From NCBI RefSeq assembly GCF_016432865.1, contig NC_067400.1:628990001-629054000 (forward strand): a DNA stretch of 64,000 nt, in the 5' to 3' direction. The translations under genes and the position numbers were made by a program. The notes below the pieces were generated by a model. It was given only the letters and a program-made list of their open reading frames with translations. It had not been told where the DNA came from and searched no databases. Within the stretch, counting starts at the first letter, position 1, and each line of letters starts with the position of its first letter. The DNA is from Antechinus flavipes. Lineage: Eukaryota. Positions 35,370-47,000 of the stretch are shown in pieces.

Positions 35370-35580
35370 GAACCTACAATAAATCGCTGATCGCATGTGG
35401 TGTGGCTCCTTGTGTTTGGGGGAAAGGGGGGCCTGACAGAGAAAAGGGCCCTTGGGGACGTGGGGAGGACAGAGAGGAGAGCTTCTACACCCAAACTGTA
35501 TTGTCCAGAAGGAGACGGTGTCAGGATGGCAGAGAGAGAGAAATCCCAGTCCGGCTCCTCATTGTCCTCCGTCTCCACAG

Positions 35581-35797
35581 TCTAGAAAGTCTGCCAGGCC
35601 AGTTTCTGAGCGGCAAAGGCCGCAGCGAGTCGTTTTTCCGGGCCAGGGAAGCCTGGGGAGCGGACAGAAGGGACCGCAGCCTTGGGGGTGGGTCTGGTCC
35701 GGAGCAACATGCCCGGCACATAGGGCAGAAAATGCCAAGCCCAAAAAGGAGCCCTGGACGGTGTTCGGGGCGGCTCTGGAGATTGTGATCACGGGGG
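35581..35797 (+). pseudogene. Possible decayed Ig exon downstream of gene E (homolog of 14922-15128)
   Basis: Same acceptor; ..PAHRAENAKPKKEPWTVFGAALEIVITG. Confidence 0.4.
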
Positions 35798-36299
35798 CCA
35801 GGAGCATTGTGGGTGTGAACACGCAGGAGGGCTCACAAATTCCAGAAATGCAGCCAGGTGGCTCCGATCTCAGCAACGACGCAGTTCTAGCCTTTAGTCC
35901 AGCACGTAAGCGTGCAATGGAGTAACTGAGGGCAGGAGTCCCAAACCAAAGGAGAGTCCCTGCAGAGCCACCCCAGAGGCTCTCACAGTCTCGAAGAATT
36001 CTCAACTAAGCCCAAGGCGCCAGACCCAAACCTGGGTCAAGAACTTGGAAAACCCAAAAGAGAAAGGCAGTGAAGAGATCGCTCTTTCCCTGGACCACAG
36101 CACTTTACATCTGAAAGCCTGAAAGACCCCAGTCTGGGCTAGACCTTACCAAACTACACACAAAAGTAAGCAGAGCCGAATTATCAATCAATCAACATTT
36201 ATTAAGTGCCTCCTACGGGACAGCTAAACTCTGGGGACACAAAAAGAAGCAAAAGAATCTGCCTTCAGAATCTCACAATCTAATAGGATCTAAAGGCCA

Positions 36300-37840
36300 G
36301 AGTTTAGAAAGAGACTATAAAGTCTATAAAGAGGTTCTAGGGAGCTCAAGACACAAACACACAAGAGGATGACTCAAAAACATCTAGAAACAAAGCCTGA
36401 AGGAAAAATGCAGCTTGGATACAAATCCAACAAGAAATCCTAGAAAAATGAAAGCATGAGTTGGGTCTGTTTTTTGGTACAGTTTTTGGCCAAAAATGGT
36501 TTTTAAAGTGAAATGAGAGCGCTAGAGTGGAAAATGGAGAAAGAAGTAAGAATGATGGGTGAAAAGATATGAAAAAACAATTTCTAACTTGGAAAAAGAG
36601 ATACACAATTTATACTGAAGAAAACTGCTTGAAACTTAGAATGGGTCATTGGAAGCTGATGATTTCATAACACATCAAGAAATAATAAAAGTCAAAATTC
36701 TGGAAAATAGAAGCAAATATGAAATATTTCACAGGAAAAAATAACAACTGAAAAACAGACTGAAGAAAGATAATTTAAGAACCATTAACTACCTGAAAGC
36801 TAAGGACAAAAAAAAAAAGTCTAAATATCATATTTTTTAAAATCAGAAAAGACGGCTTCCCAGATCCCTTAGAACTAGAGGGAAAAGTAGAAATTCAAAG
36901 AATCCAACAAAGGACTCCTGAAAGAAACTACAGAATGAAAACTCCCAGGAATACTGTAGCCAAGATCCAGAACTCCCAAGTCAAGAAGATAAGACTGCAT
37001 GCAATCACAAAGAAGGAATTCAAGTGTAAGTCAGGATCATATAAGATTTAGTATCCATATCCCTAAAGTAACTGAAAGGCAGAGAATCTTGGATTATGGT
37101 GAAGAATAACCTACTCAGCAAAATTTAGTACAAATCTACAGAGGAAAAATAGACCTTTAAGGAAATAGAAATATTCTTAATAAAGATTCCATAGTTGTAT
37201 AGAAAACTTGGCATATAACTACAGGAATCAAGAGAAGTATAAAAAGCCTCAATGTTAATGAGAAATCATAAGAGATTAACCAAAGTTTAAATTGTTCAAT
37301 ACACAAAGATAATAGATGTAACTCCTTGGAACTTTATCATCACCAGAGATCTTAAAAGAAGCCTAATCAAGAAAGGGGCAGGTGTGATTGTATTATGTCT
37401 GGACGACTTCAAAAAAGAAGAATGGAATGGATGGGAAAGTATGGTAATAAATGGGGCGTTCCTTTAAAATGATAAGTAGCATTTATCTAAAACCAAGAAC
37501 AACTATCATCTCTGAATAAGATAAGGCAGAAGGATTGTCAATAACATCAGGAACGAAACAAGGATGCCCATTGTCACCGTTCTTATTCAGTATTGTACTA
37601 GAAATGTTAACTATAGCAATAAGACAAAAATAACAAAGTAATGGAATAAACACAAAAAGAAAAGAAAATTATAATTTTTGTGGCTAGAGAACCCTAAAAA
37701 GTCTACTAAAAATTAATCAAAGCAATTAACCACTTCAGTAAAGTTGTGAAACATACAGTATAACCACACAAATTAACAAAATCCGGCAGAGATAAACAGA
37801 AAGAGAAATTCTTTGTAAATTATAGACACTATAAAATACC
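36300..37840 (+). mobile_element. Old LINE-1 (degenerate ORF1 plus ORF2 RT fragment)
   Basis: gaaactcccaggaatactgtagccaagatccagaactcccaagtcaag (KTPRNIVAKFQN-like) and ggaacgaaacaaggatgcccattgtcaccgttcttattcagtattgtactagaa ([18 protein letters not shown]-like). Confidence 0.75.
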
Positions 37841-37849
37841 TATTAACTT

Positions 37850-38330
37850 GAACCCAGCTGGAGATCACAGAGATCAAATGGATGAAAATGATACCTACAA
37901 ATACCTTGGCCACCTCTAGGCAAGATTCACCGAATATAAAGATATCAAGAAGGTGGTAGCTTGATGGTACAGTGGTTAGAGCACCTCAAGAGGACCTGAG
38001 TTCAAATCCAACCTCAGACAAGTAAGACTTCCTAGCTGTGTGACTCTGGACAATTGCCTCATCAAATAATAATAATAATAATTTAAAAGATATCAAGGAA
38101 AAGATGAAAAGTGAAGATGTTAACAGGCTTACTGTTATCTTGAAATCAAAGCTGAGTGGATACAACCCATCAAAAGCAATTGATATCCATGTAATACCAG
38201 ATGTACTGTATACTTTTAGAACTGAAAAATGTATGTGACATGTTTGGAAAGTATCCTAACAAAATCCTATACAACAATAAGTCACCATTCTAAGGCATCT
38301 AAAGAAAGAAAGAAAAGGAGATGCAGGTAT
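37850..38330 (+). mobile_element. Ancient non-L1 LINE fragment (R4/Dong-like, Mam_R4 candidate), split by a SINE
   Basis: Joined halves translate DENDTYKYLGHL*ARFTEYKDIK/EKMKSEDVNRLTVILKSKLSGYNPSKAIDIHVIPDVLYTF, resembling the R4/Dong YKYLG..ILKSKL..KAIN..IPVL.Y pattern. Confidence 0.5.
37952..38085 (+). mobile_element. WSINE1-like SINE with target-site duplication
   Basis: ggtggtagcttgatggtacagtggttagagcac..gagttcaaatcc..(AAT)n tail. Flanked by aaagatatcaag(a/g)a at 37938-37951 and 38086-38099. Confidence 0.75.
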
Positions 38331-38729
38331 TCTTAGAGCATGTGACAAGATCAAAAACTTCAGACATTTATCATCATTAGATCCTCAAGAGCAGGAGCTG
38401 TCTTTTGGCCTTCTCTGTATCCCAGAACTAGCAGTGCCTCGAACACAGGAGGTGCTTACCAAATGCTTGATGATGAGCTGACTCCAGATAGAGCCTCTAA
38501 AATAACTAAAACTCAAGAGTGGAATCAAAAGGCCCTCCTCGGAAGAATGCAGGAATTCAGCCTGACAGGTCGACAAAGAAGCATCAAATAATGGTCATCT
38601 GGAGGGTTTGTTGGTGGAAATCGGTTTATGATGGCAAATGAGGAGGAGATCTTTGCCAGCAAAAATCACAACAGTAGAAACTGTGCCGTATGTTACTGAA
38701 GGCTGTAAAATATTAGCATCTGCTGAATA

Positions 38730-38970
38730 CCTAGGAAGCTAGCAGATGCAATACACAGAGCTCTGGGCCTGTCAGGAAGATTCATCTCTATGAGTTGAAA
38801 TCTAGCTTCAGACATTTACTAGCCCTGGAACCCTGGCAAGTCACTTCGCCCAGTTTGGCTCAGTTTCCTCATCTGTAAAATGAGCTGACTCCAGTATCTG
38901 CCAAGAAATCCTCAAATGGGGTCATGAAGAATAAGACAAAATCAGTACGGCTGAACTACACTGAATACCT
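38730..38970 (+). mobile_element. MAR1/MIR-type CORE SINE
   Basis: gagttgaaatctagcttcagacatttactagc..gtcacttcgccc..ctcagtttcctcatctgtaaaatgagc..ctccagtatctgccaagaaa..ggggtcatgaaga. Confidence 0.75.
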
Positions 38971-40164
38971 AGAAAACATGACTTGGAGGCTAGAATGCTA
39001 CCTCTGAAGCTCTTTATCTTTCATGAATCGGCAGACAACAAACCCCCATTCTGCACATACAGACCTTCAGATATTCCAGACAACTCATCCAGTAAATTAT
39101 CATGGCCCCGGTCCCTTGGACATCACACCCATTCCTACAAAGTGAAGAAGGACGCTTTTGATTCCTTATCCTGGTCGTCTCGGAGCTACATGGAACAAAA
39201 GTGTCCGGGCTCCAGACCTAGTAAAGAAGACTAAATCACAGGGGAATAAGCCATCCCTCAATGGTTGTTTCTCAGAGATCTGGGATAAATCTTCACCCTT
39301 GTATTCACGTACAAAAAGGAGTCATTTATCCTGGGCAAGAACCCACAGAACACACAATAGAAAAGAGATTTGTCCCAGGGATGCTTCTATCTAAACTTCA
39401 CAAAGGGAAGGAAGGAAAAAAGGAAGAGATGGAGGGAGGGGGAGAAGGAGAAGGAGAAAGAGAGAGAAGGAAAGAGGAACAGAGAAAGAAAAGGAGGAAG
39501 GAGGGAAGGAAAAATAAAGCAAGTATTTATTAATGTGCCAGGCACTGAACTAAGTGCTGGAGATGCAAACACAGGCAAGAAAGAAGCTAGCCCCTCGCCT
39601 AAAGGAACTTACGCTAATGAGGAAAAGAACAGCCACCAAAGGGAGCTGAAAGGCGGGGCAAGGGGAGATGGGGCAAGGGAATGAATATTCTAGGAGACTT
39701 TTGGAGTCCTGAGGAAGTCCAGGAGAGCAATGGAAAAAGAACTCCCTGAAAATCAGCAAGCTAACGAGCCCCTGCAGGAGAGGAAGGAGAGGAGAAGGAG
39801 GAAGAGAAGGGGAAGGGCACAAAGGGCAGAAGGGCACAAAGGGCGGAAGGGCTAGCAGGTGAGTGTATGTACTTTATGTAAGATATTTGCATCCTTTGAC
39901 TTCTGACAAATTTGGAAACACTTGAAAGAGAACAGTATGTGGGATGAGGAGCAAAAGGGAGCCCCGCCTCCCCCAGCCTCCTGGGACAGGATCGGATCTC
40001 ATCTCCCTTCCCCGATGGTTCTCTCCATGGGGGGGGGGGGGGAGTCAGAAGAGCTCTCCGCCGCTGCCAGATTCTTCCAAAGGGCCTCATCTCAGACAGG
40101 AGAGAAGGGAACAGATGCTGGCCGTGCAGGACACGAGTCAGCGCTGGCTCACACTTTGATCTAG

Positions 40165-40390
40165 GTGCTTGTCATCGCTCTATCTCCCTCCCCCCTCTCT
40201 CTGTCTTCCGTCTTCCCTGTCTCTCTCCCTGTATTTGTCCGTCCCTCTCTTACTCTCCCCATCTATCTCCCTCCTCCCTCTGTCTCCCTCCCTTTCTCTT
40301 TCTCTCCCTTCCCTCTGTCTCTCTTTCTCTCCCCGATCTCCCTCCCCCTTCTCCGTCTCCCCCCTCTCTCTGCGTCTCCAATTCTCTCCC
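40165..40390. repeat. CT-rich polypyrimidine low-complexity tract
   Basis: Almost only C/T on the + strand. Confidence 0.85.
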
Positions 40391-41149
40391 TCACCAGAGA
40401 GATCCCATTTGTCCCGGAGAGCTTTCACAAGGGAGGCGCAGCGTCCCCAAGAGCCAGCCGTCGGATGCCAGAGAAGGGACACTGACCTCCGCCCGCGAGT
40501 CGGTCCCCTAGCGAACAAATGTGACGGGGACTGCTCAGGGATTCTTTCCCCGCCGGAGGCGGGCTAGGCTGGGACTGGGTCTCGACCCGGACGGGGCGGG
40601 GGGAGGGGCCGCCGTTTCGGACCGCGCCCCGCCCTGGGCTTTAGGGCAATCCCCCGGGGCCGGAGTGTGAGTTCCAGAGGGGAGCGGACTTCCAGGGGGA
40701 ATGGTTGCGGGGTGCGGCCGCCGAAACTGACCAGCCCTGCTGGGGTCAGGATCCGATGCGGGGGTGCAGGCTTCGTTCTGACTGGGCTTCCTCCTCTCCC
40801 CCAACGTTCTCTTCCCCTCGGAGCAGCCCAGGGAGAATGAGGGGAGAGAGGCTCGCGGGAGGCTGGGGTGAGAGGGGCCGCTGAGAAGAGTGGGGCGGTT
40901 GAGAAGCCTCTGCCTCCCATCCCAACACCGCCTGGAGCCTTCTGGGCTCTGAGATTTCCCGCAGCGACATCGTGGGGGCCCGTCCCCTAGCCCGGGTCCC
41001 CCAGCCTGAGCCCCAGCCCTCTGCCCAGGAGCGCCGGGCGCCCCTGGCCTCCCGCCTCCCGCTCCCCTTCTGGAGCACGCCCACCCTCTCCCGTGCTGCT
41101 CTTCTTCCCTTTTTTAGAAGTCATTTGGTAATGATTTATAGAGCTGTTG

Positions 41150-41665
41150 CTGCGGAGGAGGAGGACGACGACGACGAAAAGGATGGAGGAAGGGAGAAAG
41201 GGGAAGGGGAGGAAGAAAAAGGGGGTAGGAGAGGAGAGGGAAAGATAGGGAAGGAGAGAGAGGAGGAAAGGAGGTGAAGGGGAGGGAAGGGAGAAACGGG
41301 AGTGGGGGAGAGGGAGAGAGGCAGGAGGATAATCGGGGGAGAAGGAGGAAGAGAAGGGGAAGGGAACGGAGGAGGAAGAGAAGAAGGAAGGGAGGGAAAA
41401 AGGAGGGAGTGCAGAAGAAAAGGAAGGGGGAGGAGGAGGAGAAGAAGGAAGGGGAAGAGGAAATGGAAGAGGAGAGGGAGAGGGAAAGGAGGAAGGGAAA
41501 GAGAAAGAAGAAAGAGAAGAGGGAGAGGAGGAAGAGGAGGGGAAGAGAGGAAGGAGAAAAGTAAGTGAAGAAAAAGGAGGAGATGGAGGGGAGGAGGAAA
41601 TTGAAGAGCGGGAGAGGGAAGAGGGGGAGGAGGAGAGGAAGGAAGAGTAAGGGGAAAAAGAAGAT
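41150..41665. repeat. ~500-bp polypurine (GA-rich) tract
   Basis: Almost only G/A on the + strand. It explains the R/E/G-rich and S/P/F-rich ORFs. Confidence 0.9.
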
Positions 41666-41799
41666 GGACCTTTTAGAAAGTGTTCTGGAGCTGTTCTCTG
41701 GGTCTGCATCATTGCCACCGTCCCAGTGACCCCCACCCGTCCCCTCCCTTGAGACCAAAGTAACTCACTCCAGCCCTCGGGGGTTATGGGCACTGAGTA

Positions 41800-41930
41800 G
41801 GGAAGCGGGCAGGGAATCCGTGAGTCCGGAGCGCCCAGCCCAGACTACAAGTTCCAGCAGACCGCACGGCGGCGGCAAAGGAGCGCGCACGACGTGACGC
41901 GTGCAGCGTGGGCCGAGTGGGCGTGGCTTC
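41800..41930 (+). promoter_or_regulatory. RDH13 CpG-island promoter with a ZNF143-like motif
   Basis: GACTACAAGTTCCAGCAG 41843-41860 resembles ACTACAATTCCCAGC; GACGTGACGC and GGGCGTGG lie near the ATG. Motif match only. Confidence 0.5.
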
Positions 41931-43967
41931 ATGAGCCGCTACGTGCTGCCGTTGTCCGTGGCCGGGACCCTTCTGGGGGGCGCCGTGCTGCTCCGGTGAG
42001 TGGGGGCTGCATTCAGGGTCTCTCACGGGAGAACTAAGAGCCCATGTTTCATCACCATGCCCTCCCCCGTCCTCAGTTTTTTACTCCCCCCCAGTCTTTG
42101 CTTCCCGTTCTGTGAAATGGGTTCCTTCCTGCACGTGGAGACGTGAAATGCAGGGGGGAGGGGCGTGGGGCGTGGCCGTTCTCTTTCCCCCGCCTCCAGC
42201 CCTCCCAGTTTAGTCTCCCAAGATCCGTGGCACCGAGAAGACGGCCCATTTTACTGATGAGTCCACTGAGGCTCAGGAAAGAGGGATTGGAGGACAGGGC
42301 TTTTTATATCTCCTTCCGAAGGCAGGGCTTCCAGCCTGGAACGCTAAGTACTTAGTAAGAAACTTCTGTGTCCAAGCACGCAGGCCAGGAAAAAACGGAG
42401 GGGTCAGCAAATCTTGGGGGCTAGAGAGGACACCAGAGTGAGCGGCCCAGCTTGGGACGCTTCCTCTCTACCGAGCACTGGGCGATTATCCGATACTGAT
42501 AGGATGATCCTTAATGATTGCGGTTAACCTGCAATGCAAAGGTTTGCGAGAGCAGCTCATGGCATCAGCTCTGGGAGGGAGGGCCGTTCTTATCCCCATT
42601 TTACAGGTGACCAAACTGAGGCAGAGGGGAAATGGGAACAACTGTGATCTTATTGACATAGGGAACTCTTAGATTGGGGAACCTCTTCTATCAATCTCCG
42701 AGATTTGTGGAGATCAAAGAAAGAGGCATAGGATTCTGTTGGACAAATGTCTTTTTGTGGTGGCAGAGAATTGGAAACTGAGGGAATGCCCATCAGTTGG
42801 GGAATTGCTGAACAAGTTGGGGTAGATGACTGTGGAATGGGATTGTTCTTATAAGTATTGTTCAATACTATTGTACCGTGCTATTGGAATACTATATGGT
42901 ACTGCCTTGGTGTCGTAAGCATTGTACAATACTATTGTGCTATACTATTAGAATACTATATTGTACTACCTTGGTGTTGTAAGCATTGCACGGTACTGTT
43001 GTACCGTTCTATTGGAATACCGTATGGTACTGCTTGGTGTCGTAAGCATTGTACAGTACTATTGTGCTATACTATTAGAATACTATATTGTACTACTTTG
43101 GTGTTGTAAGCATTGCGGTACCGTTCTATTGGAATACTGTATCGTACTGCCTTAGTGTAATTAAGCATTGTACAATATTATTGTGCTATACTATTAGAAT
43201 ATTACATTGTACTACCTTGGTGTTGTAAGCAATGCGCAGTACTATTGGATCGTTCTATTGGAATACTGTATTGTACTGCCTTGGTGTCGGAAGCATTGTG
43301 CAGTACTGTTGTACTGCGCTGTTGGAATACCGTACTATACTACCTTGATGTTATAAGCACTGAATAATACTGTTTTGCTGTTCTTTTGTACCGCACTACA
43401 TTGTTGTAAGTGTTGTACAGTATGGTTGTATCATATTATTGAACTATTTTATCGTACTGTAATTATCTTGTGCTTTAAGAAGTGGTAAAGAGGATGATTT
43501 GAGAGAAACTTGAGGAGGCATGGATAAACTGAGGCAGAGGGAGCTGAGCAGGACCAGGAGAATGATTGATAAAACACCTAGGATACCATAAAATTAATTC
43601 TCTTGGGATTAATCGGGAAGCCAAGTGGGCTCCGCAGTGACCCGCAGAGAATCCATGGGGAGGCAAGTTGCCTACCCCCGGACAAAGACAAAGATGCACA
43701 TGCAGTTGGAGCTTCCATTTCTGGACGTAGCCACTGTACGAATTTGCTTGCGTCTGTGTGTGTTACAAAGATTTTGTTTTTTTTTTTTTCTTTTGAATTG
43801 GAGATGTAGATGAGAGAGAAAAAACATTTTTGTTCATTGAAAAATAAAATAGAGGGGGCAGCTAGATGGTGCAGTGGATAGAGCTCCAGTCTTGGAGTCA
43901 GCTTCAAATCCAGCTGATACATTTAATGTGTACTAGTGTGTGACCCTGGACATGTCATTTAACCCCA

Positions 43968-44021
<54 letters not shown>

Positions 44022-47000
44022 AAAAATAAAATAGAGTTGTTAAGAACATTGGTGTCAACCTCAAATAGAAATGGGGTCCCTAAGCCATATAGAAGGCTTC
44101 CAAATAATGGAGAGAAGCAGCATGTCTTTGCAGTGGATAGAGGCAGCTTTGGTTAGATCCATGTCCCACATCCGTCACGTCTTAGCTATGGGACCCCGCT
44201 CGGTGCTAATCTAGGACTAGAAGTAAAATGGGAGTTGCTGGCCTGTTACAGAGTTACCCTCCTTACGGTTCTGCCCAAGTATGATTATTGTTATAATCGG
44301 TAACAAAAGTAGCCAGGGCCCAGCTCCCTTCCAGACTTAATCCTGATGGCGAAATACAGGAGTCACAGTGAGTCATTTGGCTCGCCCAGCTCAGCATAGG
44401 AAGACAGACCGGGAGGACAGGCTCAGGCCAGGAGCACACAGTATGCCACAGAATAGCAACCCACACTGGGATAGGTGCCAGCCAGCAGTTTTGTCATTCA
44501 CTACCTCTTCCCAGGTTGCAACAGGGCAGGGAACCTGCACACGATGATTGAGAGGCCCTGGGCTGTATCCTGAGAGAGGAGCAGAGCAGGGTCTCAGTTC
44601 CAGCTTCTAGCCTAGTCTGAAGCTGCAGTGGAAGAACCAGTGCAGGAATCCCAGGCTAATGGGAAGCTGTCAACCCTGATGCTCTGATCTAGCAAAGTCT
44701 TGTAGCTGATTGACAAGGGTGGAGTCCAGCGGCATCTACTTACTCAATCAAAATCCAGGTCAGAGCTCAGTCCTGGGAGCAGCAATAAGACTCTGCCCTA
44801 AAAAATATCTTCACAGTTAAAGGTTCTGATAAAGGCCTTATTTCCAAAATATAGAGAGAATTGACTCTAATTTATAAGAAATCAAGCCATTCTCCAATTG
44901 ATAAATGGTCAAAGGATAGGAACAGACAATTTTCCGATGATGAAATTGAAACTATTACCACTCGTATGAAAAAATGTTCCAAATCATTATTGATCAGAGA
45001 AATGCAAATTAAGACAACTCTGAGATATCACTACACACCTGTCAGATTGGCTAAGATGACAGGAAAAAATAATGATGAATGTTGGAGGGGATGCGGGAAA
45101 ACGGGGACACTGATGCATTGTTGATGGAGTTGTGAACGAATCCAACCATCTGGAGAGCAATCTGGAATTATGCCCAAAAAGTTATGAAAATGTGCATACC
45201 CTTTGATCCAGCAGTGTTTCTATTGGGCTTATATCTCAAAGAGATACTAAAGAAGGGAAAGGGACCTGTATGTGCCAAAATGTTTGTGGCAGCCCTGTTT
45301 GTAGTGGCTAGAAACTGGAAAACGAATGGATGCCCATCCATTGGAGAATGGCTGGGAAAATTATGGTATATGAATGTTATGGAATATTATTGTTCTGTAA
45401 GAAATGACCAGCAGGATGAATACAGAGAGGACTGGCGAGACTTACATGAACTGATGCTTAAGTGAAATGAGCAGAACCAGGATATGAAGATGTATTCTGA
45501 TGGAAGTGGATTTCTTTGACAAAGAGACTTAACTCAGTTTCAATGGATCAATGATGGACAGAAGCAGCTACACCCAAAGAAAGAACACTGGGAAATGAAT
45601 GTGAACTATCTGCATTTTTGTTTTTCTTCCCGGGTTATTGTTACCTTCTGAATCCAACTCTCCCTGTGCAACAAGAGAACTGTTCGGTTCTGCACACATA
45701 TATTGTATCTAGGATATACTGTGACATATTTAACATGTATAGGACTGCTTGCCATCTAGGGGAGGGGGTGGAGGGAGGGAGGGGAAAAATTGGAACAGAA
45801 GTGAGTGCAAGGGATAATGTTGTAAAAAATTACCCTGGCATGGGTTCTGTCAATAAAAAGTTATTATTAAAAAAAAAAAAAAAAAAAGACTCTGCCCTAG
45901 ATCAGACTCGTTGGCAAGTTCTGAAAGCTGATAGGTCCCCAGCCTGGCCCTGAGATCCTGGAACAACACAACACTCAATACCTCAAGAAAACTGCCACAG
46001 GACCACCAGGAGTATGGCCGAATCCAGCGTGAAGTCAGAAAATAAGCTAGATAAATGAACAAAAAATAATCCGACCATAAGAAGTATTATGATGAAAGAG
46101 ACACTCAAGACACAAATACAAAGAAGAGAATGACTCCAAAACATTTGCAAGCAATGACTCAGAGAAAAATACAGACTGGGCACAAACTTAACTAGAATTC
46201 CTGGTAGAAATTAAATTTAAAAAATAAATTGGGAGGGGAAAAAATGGAAAAGAAATGAGAACTATAGAAAAATAATTGAAATTAACCTTGGTAAAAGCCT
46301 TGCACAAGCCACAAACTCCATAAAAACTAAAATGGACAAAGAGAAGCCTATGAGTCTAAAAGACAGAGCAAAATATCATAATAATGTAAAAATTGAAGAT
46401 ATGGAAGAAAATGTTAGGTATCATGGGAGTGAGGATGGGGAGGGGAGAGAGAGAGAAAGAGAAAAAAAAAGTAGAAGTTGAAAACAGCTGTTGATTACCT
46501 TCTGAAAGAAACCCCAAAATGAAAACATCCAGAAATATTATGGCAAACATGCTTCAAAGGTCAAAAAAAAAAAAAAAACTGCTTCAAACGATCAGAACGA
46601 AACGATGCCACGGATAGGATCACACGGGATTTAGTAGCCATCACTTTTAAGAAGCGGAGAGCTTGGAATATAAGGTACCAGAAGGTAAAGGCTTATAGCC
46701 AAGAGTAACTTACCCAGCAGAGTTGAGTGTGATCCTCCCAGGCAGGATTGGGGAAGGAGAATGAATCCTTAACGAAATAGGAAATGTCAAATGTTCCTGA
46801 TGAAAACTCCAGAGCAGCACAGCAACTTTGAAGTTCAAATACAGAACTGAAGAGAAGAAAAAGAAAGCGAGAAACCCAGATAAACAGTGATAGAGAACTT
46901 CATAGCCATGAACTGCTTACATTCGGATATGAGGGGATGATACATGTCCCCCCAAAACCTTATCCTCCTCCGGGGTCATAGAAGAACTCGAATTAGACAA

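Noticed and set aside
38983-39394. Moderate-GC ORFs at 39.0-39.4 kb
   Set aside because: Stops in the candidate frames and no recognisable family. Possibly an ancient repeat, but unsupported.
41114-41793. S/P/F-rich and R/E/G-rich ORFs
   Set aside because: Translations of the polypurine tract.
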